Assembly (NCBI GenBank): GCA_041609895.1
Contig: JBFIPX010000003.1
Span: 1 to 54,016, forward strand
From: Rhodothermales bacterium
Lineage (GTDB): Bacteria > Bacteroidota > Rhodothermia > Rhodothermales > JABDKH01
DNA: 54,016 nucleotides
Reading direction: 5' to 3'
Positions 30,222 through 40,549 of this stretch are shown here, one piece after another. A program made the translations under genes and the position numbers. How positions within the stretch are numbered: the first letter of the stretch is position 1; the number at the start of each line of letters is the position of its first letter. The notes below the pieces were generated by a model. It searched no databases. It saw nothing but the letters and a program-made list of their open reading frames with translations, and was not told the DNA's origin.

Positions 30222-31718
30222 GTGAAGCTCACCCGCATTCATAGGATGGTAATTCGCATGTTTCCCGGGCCATTTGCGGGCTGGCTTGGAGCTCTCATGT
30301 TCTTGCTTGTGATGCAGTTTCTGATCCGATACATGCATCTGCTGGTTGGACGGGGGCTTCCTTTTACGGCAGTCGTAGAGCTGGTCGCCTATAGCCTTGC
30401 GTACATGCTCGTCCTGGCGGTACCGATGTCGGTGCTGATCGCGACGTTGATGACGTACGGCAGGCTAGCTGAGACAGGGGCGTATGCAGTGATCAAGACG
30501 GCCGGTGTTTCGCTCGCGCAACTTATTTGGCCGTCGCTGGGCATTGGAATTTTGATCACGGCCGTCATGTGGCACTTCAATAGCGTAGTCCTTCCGGAGG
30601 CCAACTACCGCGCCAAGACGCTCTGGAGCGACATCCGTGACAAGAAGCCTGGATTCGAACTCGAGCCGGGCGTCTTCTATGAGGGCATTGACGACTACAG
30701 CATCCTGGTCAAGAACATCGACCGGGAGACAAACCGACTCTCCGACATCATCATCTACGACTATTCCGAAGGGTCTCGACGCCGCGCTGAAATAAAGGCA
30801 GTCGCTGGCCGGCTGACGACATCCGAGGACGGCAACGAGCTTGAACTCATGTTGGAAGACGGCGAATTACACCGACTCGTGAGCGAACGCTCGGGTAGTG
30901 ACCGAACTGAAAAGTATGAGCGGCTCGAGTTCGAGCGATACCTGTTTCGCCTCGACCTTTCGGACCTCGCTTTCCGGCGCCGGGATCCCGATGGTGAGCG
31001 CCGTTCGGATCGAACCATGCGCTCCAGCGAAATGCAGCTAATTGTCGACTCTCTGCGGGCGAACTCCCGGAAGACACGCGAGGAACTGGCCGCCAAAACG
31101 CTTCGCTTGGGCGATGCGATGGAAGAAGAGGCGGATGCGCCGGATGGCATCCCGACGATCTCGGCAAATTCGACGCCCGTTTTGCCTGTTTCCCTCATCA
31201 TCGACCGTGCGCCAGGTGTCGCCACTCAAGAAACAAGCGGACTCGTGGAGCGCATCAGGAATTTTGAAGGCATCGAACCCGGGCGGGTCCGCGCCGTCTA
31301 CAACCGAGCTATTCAGTCGGCTCGGCTAGTACGGAGTCACATCGACAACAGCAAGCGCACCCTGCAATGGCAGAAACAGCGAGCCGATCGCTTTGCCGTC
31401 GAGATCCACAAGAAATACTCTATCGCAGTAGCATGCTTCATCTTCGTCCTCGTCGGTGCCCCCCTCGGGCTCAGCATTCGCGGTGGCAGTCTCGGCCGTT
31501 CCGCGATCGTGTCGGTCGCGATTCTTCTCTTCTACTGGATCACGCTGGTCCAGGGTGAAAAGTTGGCTGACCGCGGCCTCCTCGAGCCCTGGATCGGGAT
31601 GTGGGGCGCCAACATCGTGACAGGGTTGGGGGCGATCTGGTTGTTTGCCTACGTCTACCGCGACCTCCGGGCCACGCCCACATTGATCCGCCGGCTGATC
31701 CGGCGTCAGCAGGCATAG
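30222..31718 (+). CDS. LptF/LptG (YjgP/YjgQ) LPS export permease
   Basis: Three TM + beta-jellyroll + three TM layout; AVPMSVL, G.L...G......GVS and E.HKK.SI....F...GAPLG. Confidence 0.9.
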   Translation: MKLTRIHRMVIRMFPGPFAGWLGALMFLLVMQFLIRYMHLLVGRGLPFTAVVELVAYSLAYMLVLAVPMSVLIATLMTYGRLAETGAYAVIKTAGVSLAQLIWPSLGIGILITAVMWHFNSVVLPEANYRAKTLWSDIRDKKPGFELEPGVFYEGIDDYSILVKNIDRETNRLSDIIIYDYSEGSRRRAEIKAVAGRLTTSEDGNELELMLEDGELHRLVSERSGSDRTEKYERLEFERYLFRLDLSDLAFRRRDPDGERRSDRTMRSSEMQLIVDSLRANSRKTREELAAKTLRLGDAMEEEADAPDGIPTISANSTPVLPVSLIIDRAPGVATQETSGLVERIRNFEGIEPGRVRAVYNRAIQSARLVRSHIDNSKRTLQWQKQRADRFAVEIHKKYSIAVACFIFVLVGAPLGLSIRGGSLGRSAIVSVAILLFYWITLVQGEKLADRGLLEPWIGMWGANIVTGLGAIWLFAYVYRDLRATPTLIRRLIRRQQA

Positions 31719-31723
31719 GTCGC

Positions 31724-32395
31724 ATGTTGTACGTCGTTCCAACCCCCATTGGCAACCTGGGCGATATGACTTTCAGGGCCGTCGACACGCTACGCGGGGT
31801 TGACGTAATCGCCTGCGAGGACACCAGAACGTCGAGCAAGCTGCTGCATCACTACGGTATCGAGACGCCCACCGTCTCATATCATGAGCACAACGAGCGG
31901 AGCCGGACGCCACAACTCATACAGCGGATGGCGGCGGGCGAACAGGTCGCGCTCATAAGTGACGCCGGTATGCCCGGCGTGTCGGACCCCGGATTCTACC
32001 TGGTCCGTGAATGTGTGCGGCAAGGAATCGACGTAATTGTGTTGCCGGGGGCCAGCGCCGTCGTCGCGGCCGTAGTGGGAAGCGGCATACCGTGCGACCG
32101 TTTTGTCTACGAAGGCTTTCTGCCGGCGAAGAAGGGACGACAGAAACGACTGGAGTCATTGAAATCAGAACAACGCAGCATCGTCCTTTTTGAATCACCG
32201 CACCGCATAAAACGAACACTCCGCGATCTCGTGAGCGCCTTTGGGCCCGAGCGCCGCGTGGCGTTAGCACGTGAAATATCGAAAGTGCACGAAGAGTACA
32301 TTCGAGGTTCCCTCGCGGAAGTTGCCGAACGCTTCGAGGCGCAGGAGAAGACTAAGGGCGAGTTTGTAGTCGTGATCGAGGGACTGAGGCGGTGA
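31724..32395 (+). CDS. rsmI: 16S rRNA C1402 2'-O-methyltransferase RsmI
   Basis: MLYVVPTPIGNLGD, CEDTR, SDAGMP.VSDPG, ESPHR and REISK.HEE. Confidence 0.97.
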   Translation: MLYVVPTPIGNLGDMTFRAVDTLRGVDVIACEDTRTSSKLLHHYGIETPTVSYHEHNERSRTPQLIQRMAAGEQVALISDAGMPGVSDPGFYLVRECVRQGIDVIVLPGASAVVAAVVGSGIPCDRFVYEGFLPAKKGRQKRLESLKSEQRSIVLFESPHRIKRTLRDLVSAFGPERRVALAREISKVHEEYIRGSLAEVAERFEAQEKTKGEFVVVIEGLRR

Positions 32396-32724
32396 TGGGG
32401 CGGTGAGGACTGCCGGGCGGAAAACGTGTCGAGTCGGGCGGCATTCGCCAACACAACGAGGGCACGAGCAAATCGAACGTACGCGGAGCAGAAATCAGTG
32501 AGTCGCCGTCGGCGAGCAGGGCCCTCGACCATTCGTGATTTTGACAAAGCTTTTGAATCAATAGGGACAAGCCACGCGTTAAGCGGTATTCTGCTGAAAA
32601 GAGACTCGAAAGCCGTGGCGCGGCCCAATCCCATTGACGGCCCCGGTGGCACTCTCAGCGGATTTCTCTCGATCTCAGTCGCCGCAACCATAACCATCAG
32701 TAAGACGCACCAGACGACAATCGC

Positions 32725-35586
32725 ATGAACTGGATTCGAACGGAGCGCATCGTCGCGGGCATGGTCTTCGTCTATGCACTTGCCCTTTACGTGCTGACCG
32801 TGGCGCCGACGGCCTCGTTCTGGGATGCCGGGGAATTCATAGCAATCGCTAACCGACTCCAGGTTTCGCACCCTCCAGGGGCACCTTTCTACATGTTGGT
32901 CGGGCGGCTCTTTTCGATGTTCATCCCCACCGAATATGTATCGCTCGCGGTGAACATGGTATCCGTACTGAGTTCAGCCTTTACGATCCTGCTCACGCAC
33001 CTGATCATTGTCCGGCTGGTTCGCGAGTGGCAGGGAGAATCGTACAAGGACAGTCTGCTTGATCGAGCATCAGGACTTATCGGCGGCGTACTTGGTGCGT
33101 GTACCTTTGCGGTCACTGATTCCTTCTGGTTCAATGCAGTTGAAGCTGAAGTGTATGCACTGTCGATGCTGTTTACGGCGGTCGTCGTGTGGTTGGTACT
33201 CAAGTGGAGCGAACAGGCCCGAGTGGAGGAGGCAACGCTTTCAGGCGGTCGGCACCCGTTCTCTCTGTATGCCAATCGATACCTCGTCCTGATCGCATAT
33301 CTGTTCGGGTTGGCAATTGGCGTTCACTTGCTGAATCTGCTCGCCATCTTCTTCATCGCGCTCATCGTCTTCTACACGGAATTCGAAAGGTCGGAATGGA
33401 CACGCGGCCAGCTCTTCGGCAAACTTGTAGTAACTGGAATTGTGTCATCCGTCGCATTCTTGCTGGTCTATCCCGGAATCACGCTATGGCTTCCGACGGC
33501 AGCAGGTAGTGTGGGATCACCGACTCTGCTCTTACTCACCGTTGTGGGTGCGGTGGTTTATCTGATCCGCTTCACGCAAAAGAGAGCGATGCCGGCTGCG
33601 AACCTGGCCATGCTGTCAATCGCCATGGTACTGATCGGCTATTCAACCTACGCGCTGATATTTATTCGAAGTGCCGCTGATCCACCCATCGACGAGAACG
33701 ATCCCGAGGACGCTGCCGCGATTGTGTCGTATCTCAAACGCGAACAATACGGTGCGACGCCGATTTTCAAGGGCACGACCTTTGACGACCGGACCGGCCA
33801 GCCGGGAAGCCAGGAAGTGATTTTCCCGCGAAGGTGGTCGCCCGATCAGACGCACGCGCGCGAGTACCGTCGTTACGATTCGGACCTGGATTTCTTTCTT
33901 GATTACCAACTCGGACACATGTACCTCAGGTACTTCGCGTTCAACTTTGTTGGACGTGCGAGCGACATCCAGGACGCTCCCTATATCACGGGGATACCTC
34001 CGCTGGATGAAGGAAAAACCGATTACTATTTCCAGACACCGAGTGAGCGAGCGTCGCGAAATGCCTATTTCGCTCTACCGCTGCTCTTGGGTCTCCTTGG
34101 CCTTGCGCACCATTTCGTGCGTGATCCGCGGCGTGCCTTCGCAGTCCTGATCCTCTTTCTGGTCACCGGCCTAGGCATAATTATATACCTGAACCAACCG
34201 CCTATGCAGCCGCGTGAACGCGACTATGCGTACGTGGCTAGCTTCTTCGCCTTCTCACTCTGGGTTGGCATCGGTGCAACGGCAATTGTCGAGTTTCTCA
34301 GAGAGGCGCTACAGAAGCGCGAGGTGAGTGCGGGTTGGACCAAGGCATTGGTATTTCAGGCTGCGGCGCTCGTCTTCGTCGCCGTACCCGGCTGGATGGC
34401 ATACACGAACTTCGACGATCACGATCGCTCCGGCCGGTATGTGGCTCCCGACTACGCGTACAACATGTTGATGAGCACGGCCGAGAACGCCGTCATCTTC
34501 ACGAACGGAGACAACGACACTTTCCCGCTGTGGTACCTGCAGGAGGTGGAGGGCGTCAGACAGGATGTGCGCGTCGCAAACCTGTCCCTGATGAACACGC
34601 CATGGTACATCCGGCAGCTCAAAAACCAGTGGTCAAGAGACTCGGCTCCGCTGCCGATCTCACTGAGCGATGAGCAAATCGACCAGATCGCGCCGCGCGC
34701 ATGGCGCCCGTCAGAAATCACACTGCCAGTCGATAAGGAGGCGATCTTCGGAAGATCGGAGATGGTCTCGAGCGACACCGACACGAGCATGATCGAGAGC
34801 CCGATGACGTGGACGCTCGAGGGTCGACCGCTTTCAGAAGACCTGAACTTCCTGCACGCTGCAGACCAGGCAGCACTCGACATTATTGTCACGAATGCGA
34901 GGCAGAATTGGGAGCGTCCCGTCTACTTCGCAGTCACGGTGAGCCCGGATGGCCAGCTCAACCTTGAGAACTACTTCCAACTGGAAGGACAGGCACATCG
35001 GGTTGTGCCGATCAGACATGAACAGGGTTTTCTAGGTCGTGTTGAGACCGGCATCACACCGGAAAGACTCAGACAATTCCGATTCCGAGGACTCGACGAT
35101 CCCGACGTGTACTTCGACCAGAACATTCGGAACATGCTCGACAACTACCGAAGCGTCTTTGCACACACCGCTCAAACGCTTGCATCGGAGGGTCGCGCCG
35201 ATAAGGCAAGAGAGCTGCTGGATGGCCTCATGGAGAAGATGCCATTCGAGACGATCCCGGGAGACCTAAACACATTCGTCATGCTCGCGAATGCGTACCA
35301 CGATGCCGGAGACCATGACATGGCGGTCCAGATCGCCGAGCGCGCCGAACCGCTCGTGTTGCGAAGACTCGAAAATGCCTCCACGCAGAGGCAGCTGGAA
35401 TTGGCCGCGCGCTACGTCCAGCTCGTGAGACTAGTCTACATGGAGGCCGGTGATTTCGAAGCAGCGTCCGCTCTCGGAAATCGAATCGCCGACTTTTTCG
35501 GCGACAGCACTTTCAGACAATCTGCCGACGAACTGCGGGCACTGTTCGAGAGGTCATTTCAGTCGAGCGGAGCCACGGGGTCCTGA
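32725..35586 (+). CDS. DUF2723/TMEM260-like (GT117) membrane glycosyltransferase
   Basis: FWDAGEF...HPPG, FWFNAVEAEVY, RERDY and FTNGDNDTFPLWY; many TMs, then a large periplasmic/TPR-like tail. Confidence 0.85.
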   Translation: MNWIRTERIVAGMVFVYALALYVLTVAPTASFWDAGEFIAIANRLQVSHPPGAPFYMLVGRLFSMFIPTEYVSLAVNMVSVLSSAFTILLTHLIIVRLVREWQGESYKDSLLDRASGLIGGVLGACTFAVTDSFWFNAVEAEVYALSMLFTAVVVWLVLKWSEQARVEEATLSGGRHPFSLYANRYLVLIAYLFGLAIGVHLLNLLAIFFIALIVFYTEFERSEWTRGQLFGKLVVTGIVSSVAFLLVYPGITLWLPTAAGSVGSPTLLLLTVVGAVVYLIRFTQKRAMPAANLAMLSIAMVLIGYSTYALIFIRSAADPPIDENDPEDAAAIVSYLKREQYGATPIFKGTTFDDRTGQPGSQEVIFPRRWSPDQTHAREYRRYDSDLDFFLDYQLGHMYLRYFAFNFVGRASDIQDAPYITGIPPLDEGKTDYYFQTPSERASRNAYFALPLLLGLLGLAHHFVRDPRRAFAVLILFLVTGLGIIIYLNQPPMQPRERDYAYVASFFAFSLWVGIGATAIVEFLREALQKREVSAGWTKALVFQAAALVFVAVPGWMAYTNFDDHDRSGRYVAPDYAYNMLMSTAENAVIFTNGDNDTFPLWYLQEVEGVRQDVRVANLSLMNTPWYIRQLKNQWSRDSAPLPISLSDEQIDQIAPRAWRPSEITLPVDKEAIFGRSEMVSSDTDTSMIESPMTWTLEGRPLSEDLNFLHAADQAALDIIVTNARQNWERPVYFAVTVSPDGQLNLENYFQLEGQAHRVVPIRHEQGFLGRVETGITPERLRQFRFRGLDDPDVYFDQNIRNMLDNYRSVFAHTAQTLASEGRADKARELLDGLMEKMPFETIPGDLNTFVMLANAYHDAGDHDMAVQIAERAEPLVLRRLENASTQRQLELAARYVQLVRLVYMEAGDFEAASALGNRIADFFGDSTFRQSADELRALFERSFQSSGATGS

Positions 35587-35723
35587 TCACGCCGTGGCGC
35601 CGCGCAGACAGTGGGACAAGATGGATGCATCATCTCGGACCACTACGGAAGCGGTCATGGGACGACCGAGGCAAAGTGCCCGATGGAAGGCCCTGCGACC
35701 GGCGAACACAGAAGCCGGTGGGA

Positions 35724-36278
35724 TCAGCTTTTCCGCCCTTCGAACGGCCGGATCACCATCGGATGTGTCTTCTCGTTGATACGGAGGGAGTAGTGGCCCG
35801 GCTCATATAACCCGTCCAGGATGAGGTAAAAGCGATAGGGTCGCACGACACTGGCGCACAAGACTCCCTTGGGGCGCCGCATCTCGAGCTCGACACGGAT
35901 CAGGTTGCCGGCGCGCTCCTGCGACACCGAGCTCAGCTCAGTGCATGCATCCGGAAAGCCCCCCTTTATCAGTATTTCGACCGGGACACCGATGACATCC
36001 GCCGTCTCGGGTTCGGCAGCCCGGATGTGAACTGTGTCGTAGACGGCCGGGACGTAGATGTAGGACGTTGCTTCCGCTTCGGGACTAATAATCGTGGTCT
36101 CGCGACCGTCTGCCGCCTTGCCTTCGTACCGATGACCGAATTGCTCGTCAGGCGGTTTCTCGATCGATCGCGCCCCGAGGCAGCCACCGCAAAGAAATGC
36201 AAGAAGCGCGACCACCATGACAGCCCTCAGAGACGACGCCAACTCTCGAAGATCGCGGTACTTTCGGGAAGCACCCAT
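35724..36278 (-). CDS. Hypothetical lipoprotein (small beta-sandwich, two further Cys)
   Basis: ATG 36278 just after the rsfS stop; lipobox-like CGG-C; GGFPDAC...CASVVRPY. Confidence 0.6.
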   Translation of the reverse strand: MGASRKYRDLRELASSLRAVMVVALLAFLCGGCLGARSIEKPPDEQFGHRYEGKAADGRETTIISPEAEATSYIYVPAVYDTVHIRAAEPETADVIGVPVEILIKGGFPDACTELSSVSQERAGNLIRVELEMRRPKGVLCASVVRPYRFYLILDGLYEPGHYSLRINEKTHPMVIRPFEGRKS

Positions 36279-36279
36279 G

Positions 36280-36732
36280 TCACTGATCCTCCCGGAGAAT
36301 TTCAAGCGCCGCCGCATCCGCGTCGTCTGGCACCGATTCGATTGGTGCATCGCCCCATAGCCGCTCCAGATCATAGAAAATCCGCCGTTCCTCATTGAAG
36401 ATGTGGGCCACGACATCAACGTAGTCAAGAAGTACCCACTGCAAATGATCGAAGCCCTCGGTATGCCAGGGCCGCTCGCCTAGTTTCTCTTTGACAAGCT
36501 CCCTTGCTGCGCTCGCCAGCGCTTTGATCTGAGTATCCGAACTGCCCGTAGAGATCACGAAATAGTCGGCAACACCGCTGATACCTCGGAGGTCCATCAC
36601 TAATATGTCTGTTCCTTTCTTGTCCAGAAACGCGTCGACGACGGTCCTGGCTATTGACTTGGCGCTATTCGCGGTGAGGCGCTTCTTTTCCTTTCCGCGT
36701 GAGGGAACGGGTGGTTGCCTGCTCAAGCTCAT
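36280..36732 (-). CDS. rsfS: Ribosome silencing factor RsfS (Iojap)
   Basis: DKKG.DI, DYFVISTG, WVLLDY.DVVAHIF and R.FYDLERLW. Confidence 0.95.
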   Translation of the reverse strand: MSLSRQPPVPSRGKEKKRLTANSAKSIARTVVDAFLDKKGTDILVMDLRGISGVADYFVISTGSSDTQIKALASAARELVKEKLGERPWHTEGFDHLQWVLLDYVDVVAHIFNEERRIFYDLERLWGDAPIESVPDDADAAALEILREDQ

Positions 36733-36787
36733 ACAGTAGTTGTTAGGTTGATCAATCGTGTCACGGTTGTTGCGTCACCGCCTGGTG

Positions 36788-37246
36788 CTATTCGCGAAAG
36801 GGCCGGAGCGACTTGTAGTCATGGCCGATAATTACGGACGCGTCGAGAAAAAAATCTTCCCGTACCTCCTGCTCGACCCTCTGTTCAGGTATACCCATCA
36901 TGCGCGCGACCTTCAGCGCCGACTCCACGTCCCCGATTCGATCCACGACCTTGGAAAATTGAACGTCGGTTCGCTCGTAATTTCCGGTCTCAACCACGTC
37001 GAACCCGTTGCGCCGAAGGAACTGTGTGGCAATGCCCGCGAGGTCGGCCACCCCGCAGCCGTTCCGTACTTCCACCTGTATGATTTCACCGACCAGGTCC
37101 GGGACATTCGCCTCTCGATGCGGATCGACGCGTGGCGCAAGCACCCGGGTACCGAACGCGTAGAGAAGGAGGATGGCTAGTAATCCCGCAGCGACAAGTG
37201 CCAGATTCAGAAACCGGTCGCTCCAGGCGATCCGTTTCTTACCCAT
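36788..37246 (-). CDS. Membrane-anchored LytR C-terminal domain protein
   Basis: N-terminal TM; VEVRNGCGV..LA......L...GF.V..TGN and VIIG.DY. Confidence 0.85.
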   Translation of the reverse strand: MGKKRIAWSDRFLNLALVAAGLLAILLLYAFGTRVLAPRVDPHREANVPDLVGEIIQVEVRNGCGVADLAGIATQFLRRNGFDVVETGNYERTDVQFSKVVDRIGDVESALKVARMMGIPEQRVEQEVREDFFLDASVIIGHDYKSLRPFRE

Positions 37247-37379
37247 TCCACCACGAGCTCACGCTGCATGTCAACGAAACAAAAAATGCGCGACTCGAAC
37301 GTCGAACGTCGTGTCGCGCACAGTCCTTATGAACCGGGGTCCTTAAGATATCCAAGGGCAATTCGCTTCAACGAAGCGG

Positions 37380-37871
37380 CTAGGGTCGGAATCGGCTGGG
37401 ATAGTATCCGTACGGACTGTAAAACTGACCGTAGGGGCTCTGTCGAACAGACAGATGAATGTTCATGTTGCTGAGCGGACGGTAATTGATCTCAGCGTTT
37501 CGCAGGAACAATCGGGCCGACGATTGCGAGAGGCTTCCGGCGCTGTTGGGGCCACTGCTGAACGGCGAATACGCAACCGCCACATCCGCACGAGCTGCCA
37601 GGTCCTCACCAAACTTCCAGACCAGCGAATTCGTATACATGGCCAGTGATGAGGAGTATCCGCCGCCCGTAAAGGCCGACATCTCGAACGAATGGCTCAT
37701 CTTGAAGTGCTTCGGATTGAACAGCGTATTCATCAGGAACCCGGATGAACCGCCGTCATAAAGCTGGACGGGCGACGTACCGTTCGAAGATGCAGTCCGC
37801 AGCTGTGCCTCGGCCGGTGCTGCAACAAGCAGCATGGCAACAAGGACCGTAGATGTCATTAGAGCCCGCAT
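37380..37871 (-). CDS. Secreted beta-rich hypothetical protein
   Basis: GGAGG upstream; signal peptide AEA-Q; amphipathic strands and a Tyr/Pro-rich tail. Confidence 0.65.
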   Translation of the reverse strand: MRALMTSTVLVAMLLVAAPAEAQLRTASSNGTSPVQLYDGGSSGFLMNTLFNPKHFKMSHSFEMSAFTGGGYSSSLAMYTNSLVWKFGEDLAARADVAVAYSPFSSGPNSAGSLSQSSARLFLRNAEINYRPLSNMNIHLSVRQSPYGQFYSPYGYYPSRFRP

Positions 37872-38015
37872 CAAACTCCTCCCAGAGTATCTTGGTGCAT
37901 AATATAGCGGCGGATTTTCGATGTCAATAACGTACGAAAGTGCATCCCTATTGTTCTGTAAGGGCGAAAATTACGGCCCGGCCAGCATCGCCCCCAGACC
38001 GTGCCGAGGTACCGG

Positions 38016-39038
38016 ATGACGAGCGGAGCTGATGGGTTGATTCTTGGAATAGAGACGTCATGCGACGATACGGCGGCAGCCATCGTTTCGGATGGTCGGC
38101 TACTCTCGTCGTTCGTCTCGTCGCAACCACTGCATGATCAGTACGGCGGCGTCGTTCCGGAGCTCGCGTCCAGAGATCACCAGAAGAACGTGGTGGCCGT
38201 AGTGCGAGAAGCTCTTCGCCAAGCGTCGGTCGCACTTTCAGACGTCGACGCGATCGCCGTCACGTATGGACCTGGACTCGCCGGTTCGTTGCTTGTCGGG
38301 CTTAGCTTCGCGAAAGGGCTGTCGGCGTCCTTGGGCGTACCCCTGATAGGGGTCAACCACATCGAAGGGCACATCTATTCCGTCTTCATTGAAGAACCCT
38401 CGCCTCGATTCCCGTTCCTGTGTATGATCGTCTCGGGTGGTCACACCATGCTGGTCCACGTAGGAGAGAACGGCGAACACGACATCCTTGGGCGAACGCG
38501 AGACGACGCCGCGGGTGAAGCGTTCGACAAGGTGGCCAAAATGCTCGGCCTCCCATATCCGGGAGGGCCCGAGATCGACCGGCGCACGTCAGAAGGTGAC
38601 CCGGATTTTCATCGCTTTCCGCGCGCGAGGCTCGATGGATACGATTTCTCATTCAGCGGCATCAAGACATCGATGTTATACTTCCTCAACGACATCCCGG
38701 AGGCGGACAGGGGTCGATTCCTCGCGGATCACATGAGCGACCTCTGCGCCTCGTTTCAATCGGCGGTGGTCGACATGATCATGGATCCGCTGTCACGCGC
38801 CGTTCACGACATGCGGATCCAGGAGATAGCGCTGACCGGAGGCGTATCGGCAAACTCTGGGCTTCGAGAGGCGGCAAGCGCCTTCTGTAAGGAGAAGGGA
38901 CGCCACCTCTACGTCCCAAAGCCGGAGTATTGCATGGACAACGCTGCCATGATCGCTACGGCCGCGTACTACAAGCTCGCCTCCGGGATCACGAGTCCGC
39001 TCACGCTGACGGCAGATCCTGCCGCTACGCTCGCCTAG
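38016..39038 (+). CDS. tsaD: tRNA t6A biosynthesis protein TsaD
   Basis: ILGIETSCDDT, GGVVPELASR, HIEGH, SGGHT, DDAAGEAFDK and DNAAMI. Confidence 0.97.
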   Translation: MTSGADGLILGIETSCDDTAAAIVSDGRLLSSFVSSQPLHDQYGGVVPELASRDHQKNVVAVVREALRQASVALSDVDAIAVTYGPGLAGSLLVGLSFAKGLSASLGVPLIGVNHIEGHIYSVFIEEPSPRFPFLCMIVSGGHTMLVHVGENGEHDILGRTRDDAAGEAFDKVAKMLGLPYPGGPEIDRRTSEGDPDFHRFPRARLDGYDFSFSGIKTSMLYFLNDIPEADRGRFLADHMSDLCASFQSAVVDMIMDPLSRAVHDMRIQEIALTGGVSANSGLREAASAFCKEKGRHLYVPKPEYCMDNAAMIATAAYYKLASGITSPLTLTADPAATLA

Positions 39039-39054
39039 AAAAACGGGTGCTGAA

Positions 39055-39441
39055 ATGCCGATCAAGACCGCAAAGCAACTGATCATTCCACTCCCGGACG
39101 AACCGCCTGTGATTCCGGACAATCCGACAGAGGATGACCTCCGTCCGTGGCGGGACCGAATCGATACGATTGACGTGGCCGTTCTCAACCTGCTTAATGA
39201 GAGATCGCGTTGCGCAAACATGATTGGCAGTATCAAGAAGAGCGTGGGGCTGCCCGTGTACGTCCCGAGCCGCGAAACCGCGGTAATAGAGAATGTCATG
39301 TCGGCTAATCGGGGACCGCTCTCGGATACGGCGGTGCGCAGGCTCTTCGAGAGGATCATTGACGAAACTCGTTCGCTTGAACGTCACCTGTACCAGGAGG
39401 AGAATTCTGGCGGAGAAGATGACGCAACCGACAACGACTGA
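39055..39441 (+). CDS. Monofunctional chorismate mutase (AroQ type)
   Basis: R.RID.ID...LNLLNER.....IG..K....PVY.P.RE. Confidence 0.9.
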   Translation: MPIKTAKQLIIPLPDEPPVIPDNPTEDDLRPWRDRIDTIDVAVLNLLNERSRCANMIGSIKKSVGLPVYVPSRETAVIENVMSANRGPLSDTAVRRLFERIIDETRSLERHLYQEENSGGEDDATDND

Positions 39442-39453
39442 GAGGAAGCAGGT

Positions 39454-40497
39454 TTGAAACTGCCCGGCCAAAAGCTAATTGTAGCCTTCACTGTGCTTCT
39501 CGGACTCGCTGTCGTCTGGGCAGTCATCTTGTACGCGGTGGCGTTTTCTCCCAACACCATCAATTACGATGGAGAGCGGTCGGTGCTGATACCGCCGCAA
39601 ACGTCGATGGAGATCACCGCCGACTCTCTGGTTGCGGCCGACATCCTGCGGTTCCGGAAGACGTTCACGTTACTTGCCCGTGTCACGGGTTGGGGCGATC
39701 AAATCAAGGCAGGACATTTCCTGATACCGGCCGGGGCATCGAACTACGACATGCTCGACAGACTCCGAAAAGGACTACAATCCCCGATCCGGGTTACTAT
39801 CCCCCCCGGCTCACGCCCCGAGGTCGTGGCGGCAGTCGCAGCCAGGAGCATGGCCTTCGAGGCCGAAGATTTTATCCGAGCTCTTCGCGATACGACGCTG
39901 GCGAAGTCTGTCGGAACCGACACGACTCACTTGTTCGGCTTTATGCTGCCGGAGACCTACTTCTTCTACTGGTTGACGGACGCGAGCAAGGTGGTGGCAA
40001 CAATCAAGAAGGAGTTCGACCGCCGATATGAACAGTACGCCTCCGAGGAGGGCAATCCGGCCGAACTGACGCCGGAGGACGCCGCTACCATCGCGTCGAT
40101 CGTCGAGTGGGAGACGTCAATTATGGAGGAAAAGCCGACGATTGCCGGGGTTTACCTAAATCGGCTGCGGAACGGCTGGCGCCTCGACGCAGACCCAACG
40201 GTGCAGTACGCGATTCTGGAACGCGAAGGCAGCAAGCGGCGGTTATTCTTTCGAGACTACCGCGTTCAGCATCCGTACAACACGTATCTATTCCGTGGCC
40301 TACCGCCGGGCCCTGTAACAAACCCTTCCCCGAGTTCGCTCAAGGCCGTATTGGGGCCCGCGAGCCATAGCTACTTCTACTTCGTTGCCCGTGGCGACGG
40401 CGGCCACATCTTCTCACGCACGCTGGCCGAGCACAACAGGAACGCCAACAACTACCGAAGGCTGATGCGACAGCGCCGTGCGGCGCAGGGCGGATGA
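39454..40497 (+). CDS. mltG: Endolytic transglycosylase MltG
   Basis: N-terminal TM; G...PETY, ASIVEWE, LDADPTV.Y, PYNTY...GLPPGP and Y.YFV. Confidence 0.95.
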   Translation: MKLPGQKLIVAFTVLLGLAVVWAVILYAVAFSPNTINYDGERSVLIPPQTSMEITADSLVAADILRFRKTFTLLARVTGWGDQIKAGHFLIPAGASNYDMLDRLRKGLQSPIRVTIPPGSRPEVVAAVAARSMAFEAEDFIRALRDTTLAKSVGTDTTHLFGFMLPETYFFYWLTDASKVVATIKKEFDRRYEQYASEEGNPAELTPEDAATIASIVEWETSIMEEKPTIAGVYLNRLRNGWRLDADPTVQYAILEREGSKRRLFFRDYRVQHPYNTYLFRGLPPGPVTNPSPSSLKAVLGPASHSYFYFVARGDGGHIFSRTLAEHNRNANNYRRLMRQRRAAQGG

Positions 40498-40549
40498 GAC
40501 ACGAAATAACGGGGCTCATCCCGGCCGCTAGCCATATTGGACGCGTAGC

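Noticed and set aside
32107-32871. 254 aa - strand ORF across the rsmI/DUF2723 spacer
   Set aside because: Overlaps two real genes in antisense and has no motif.
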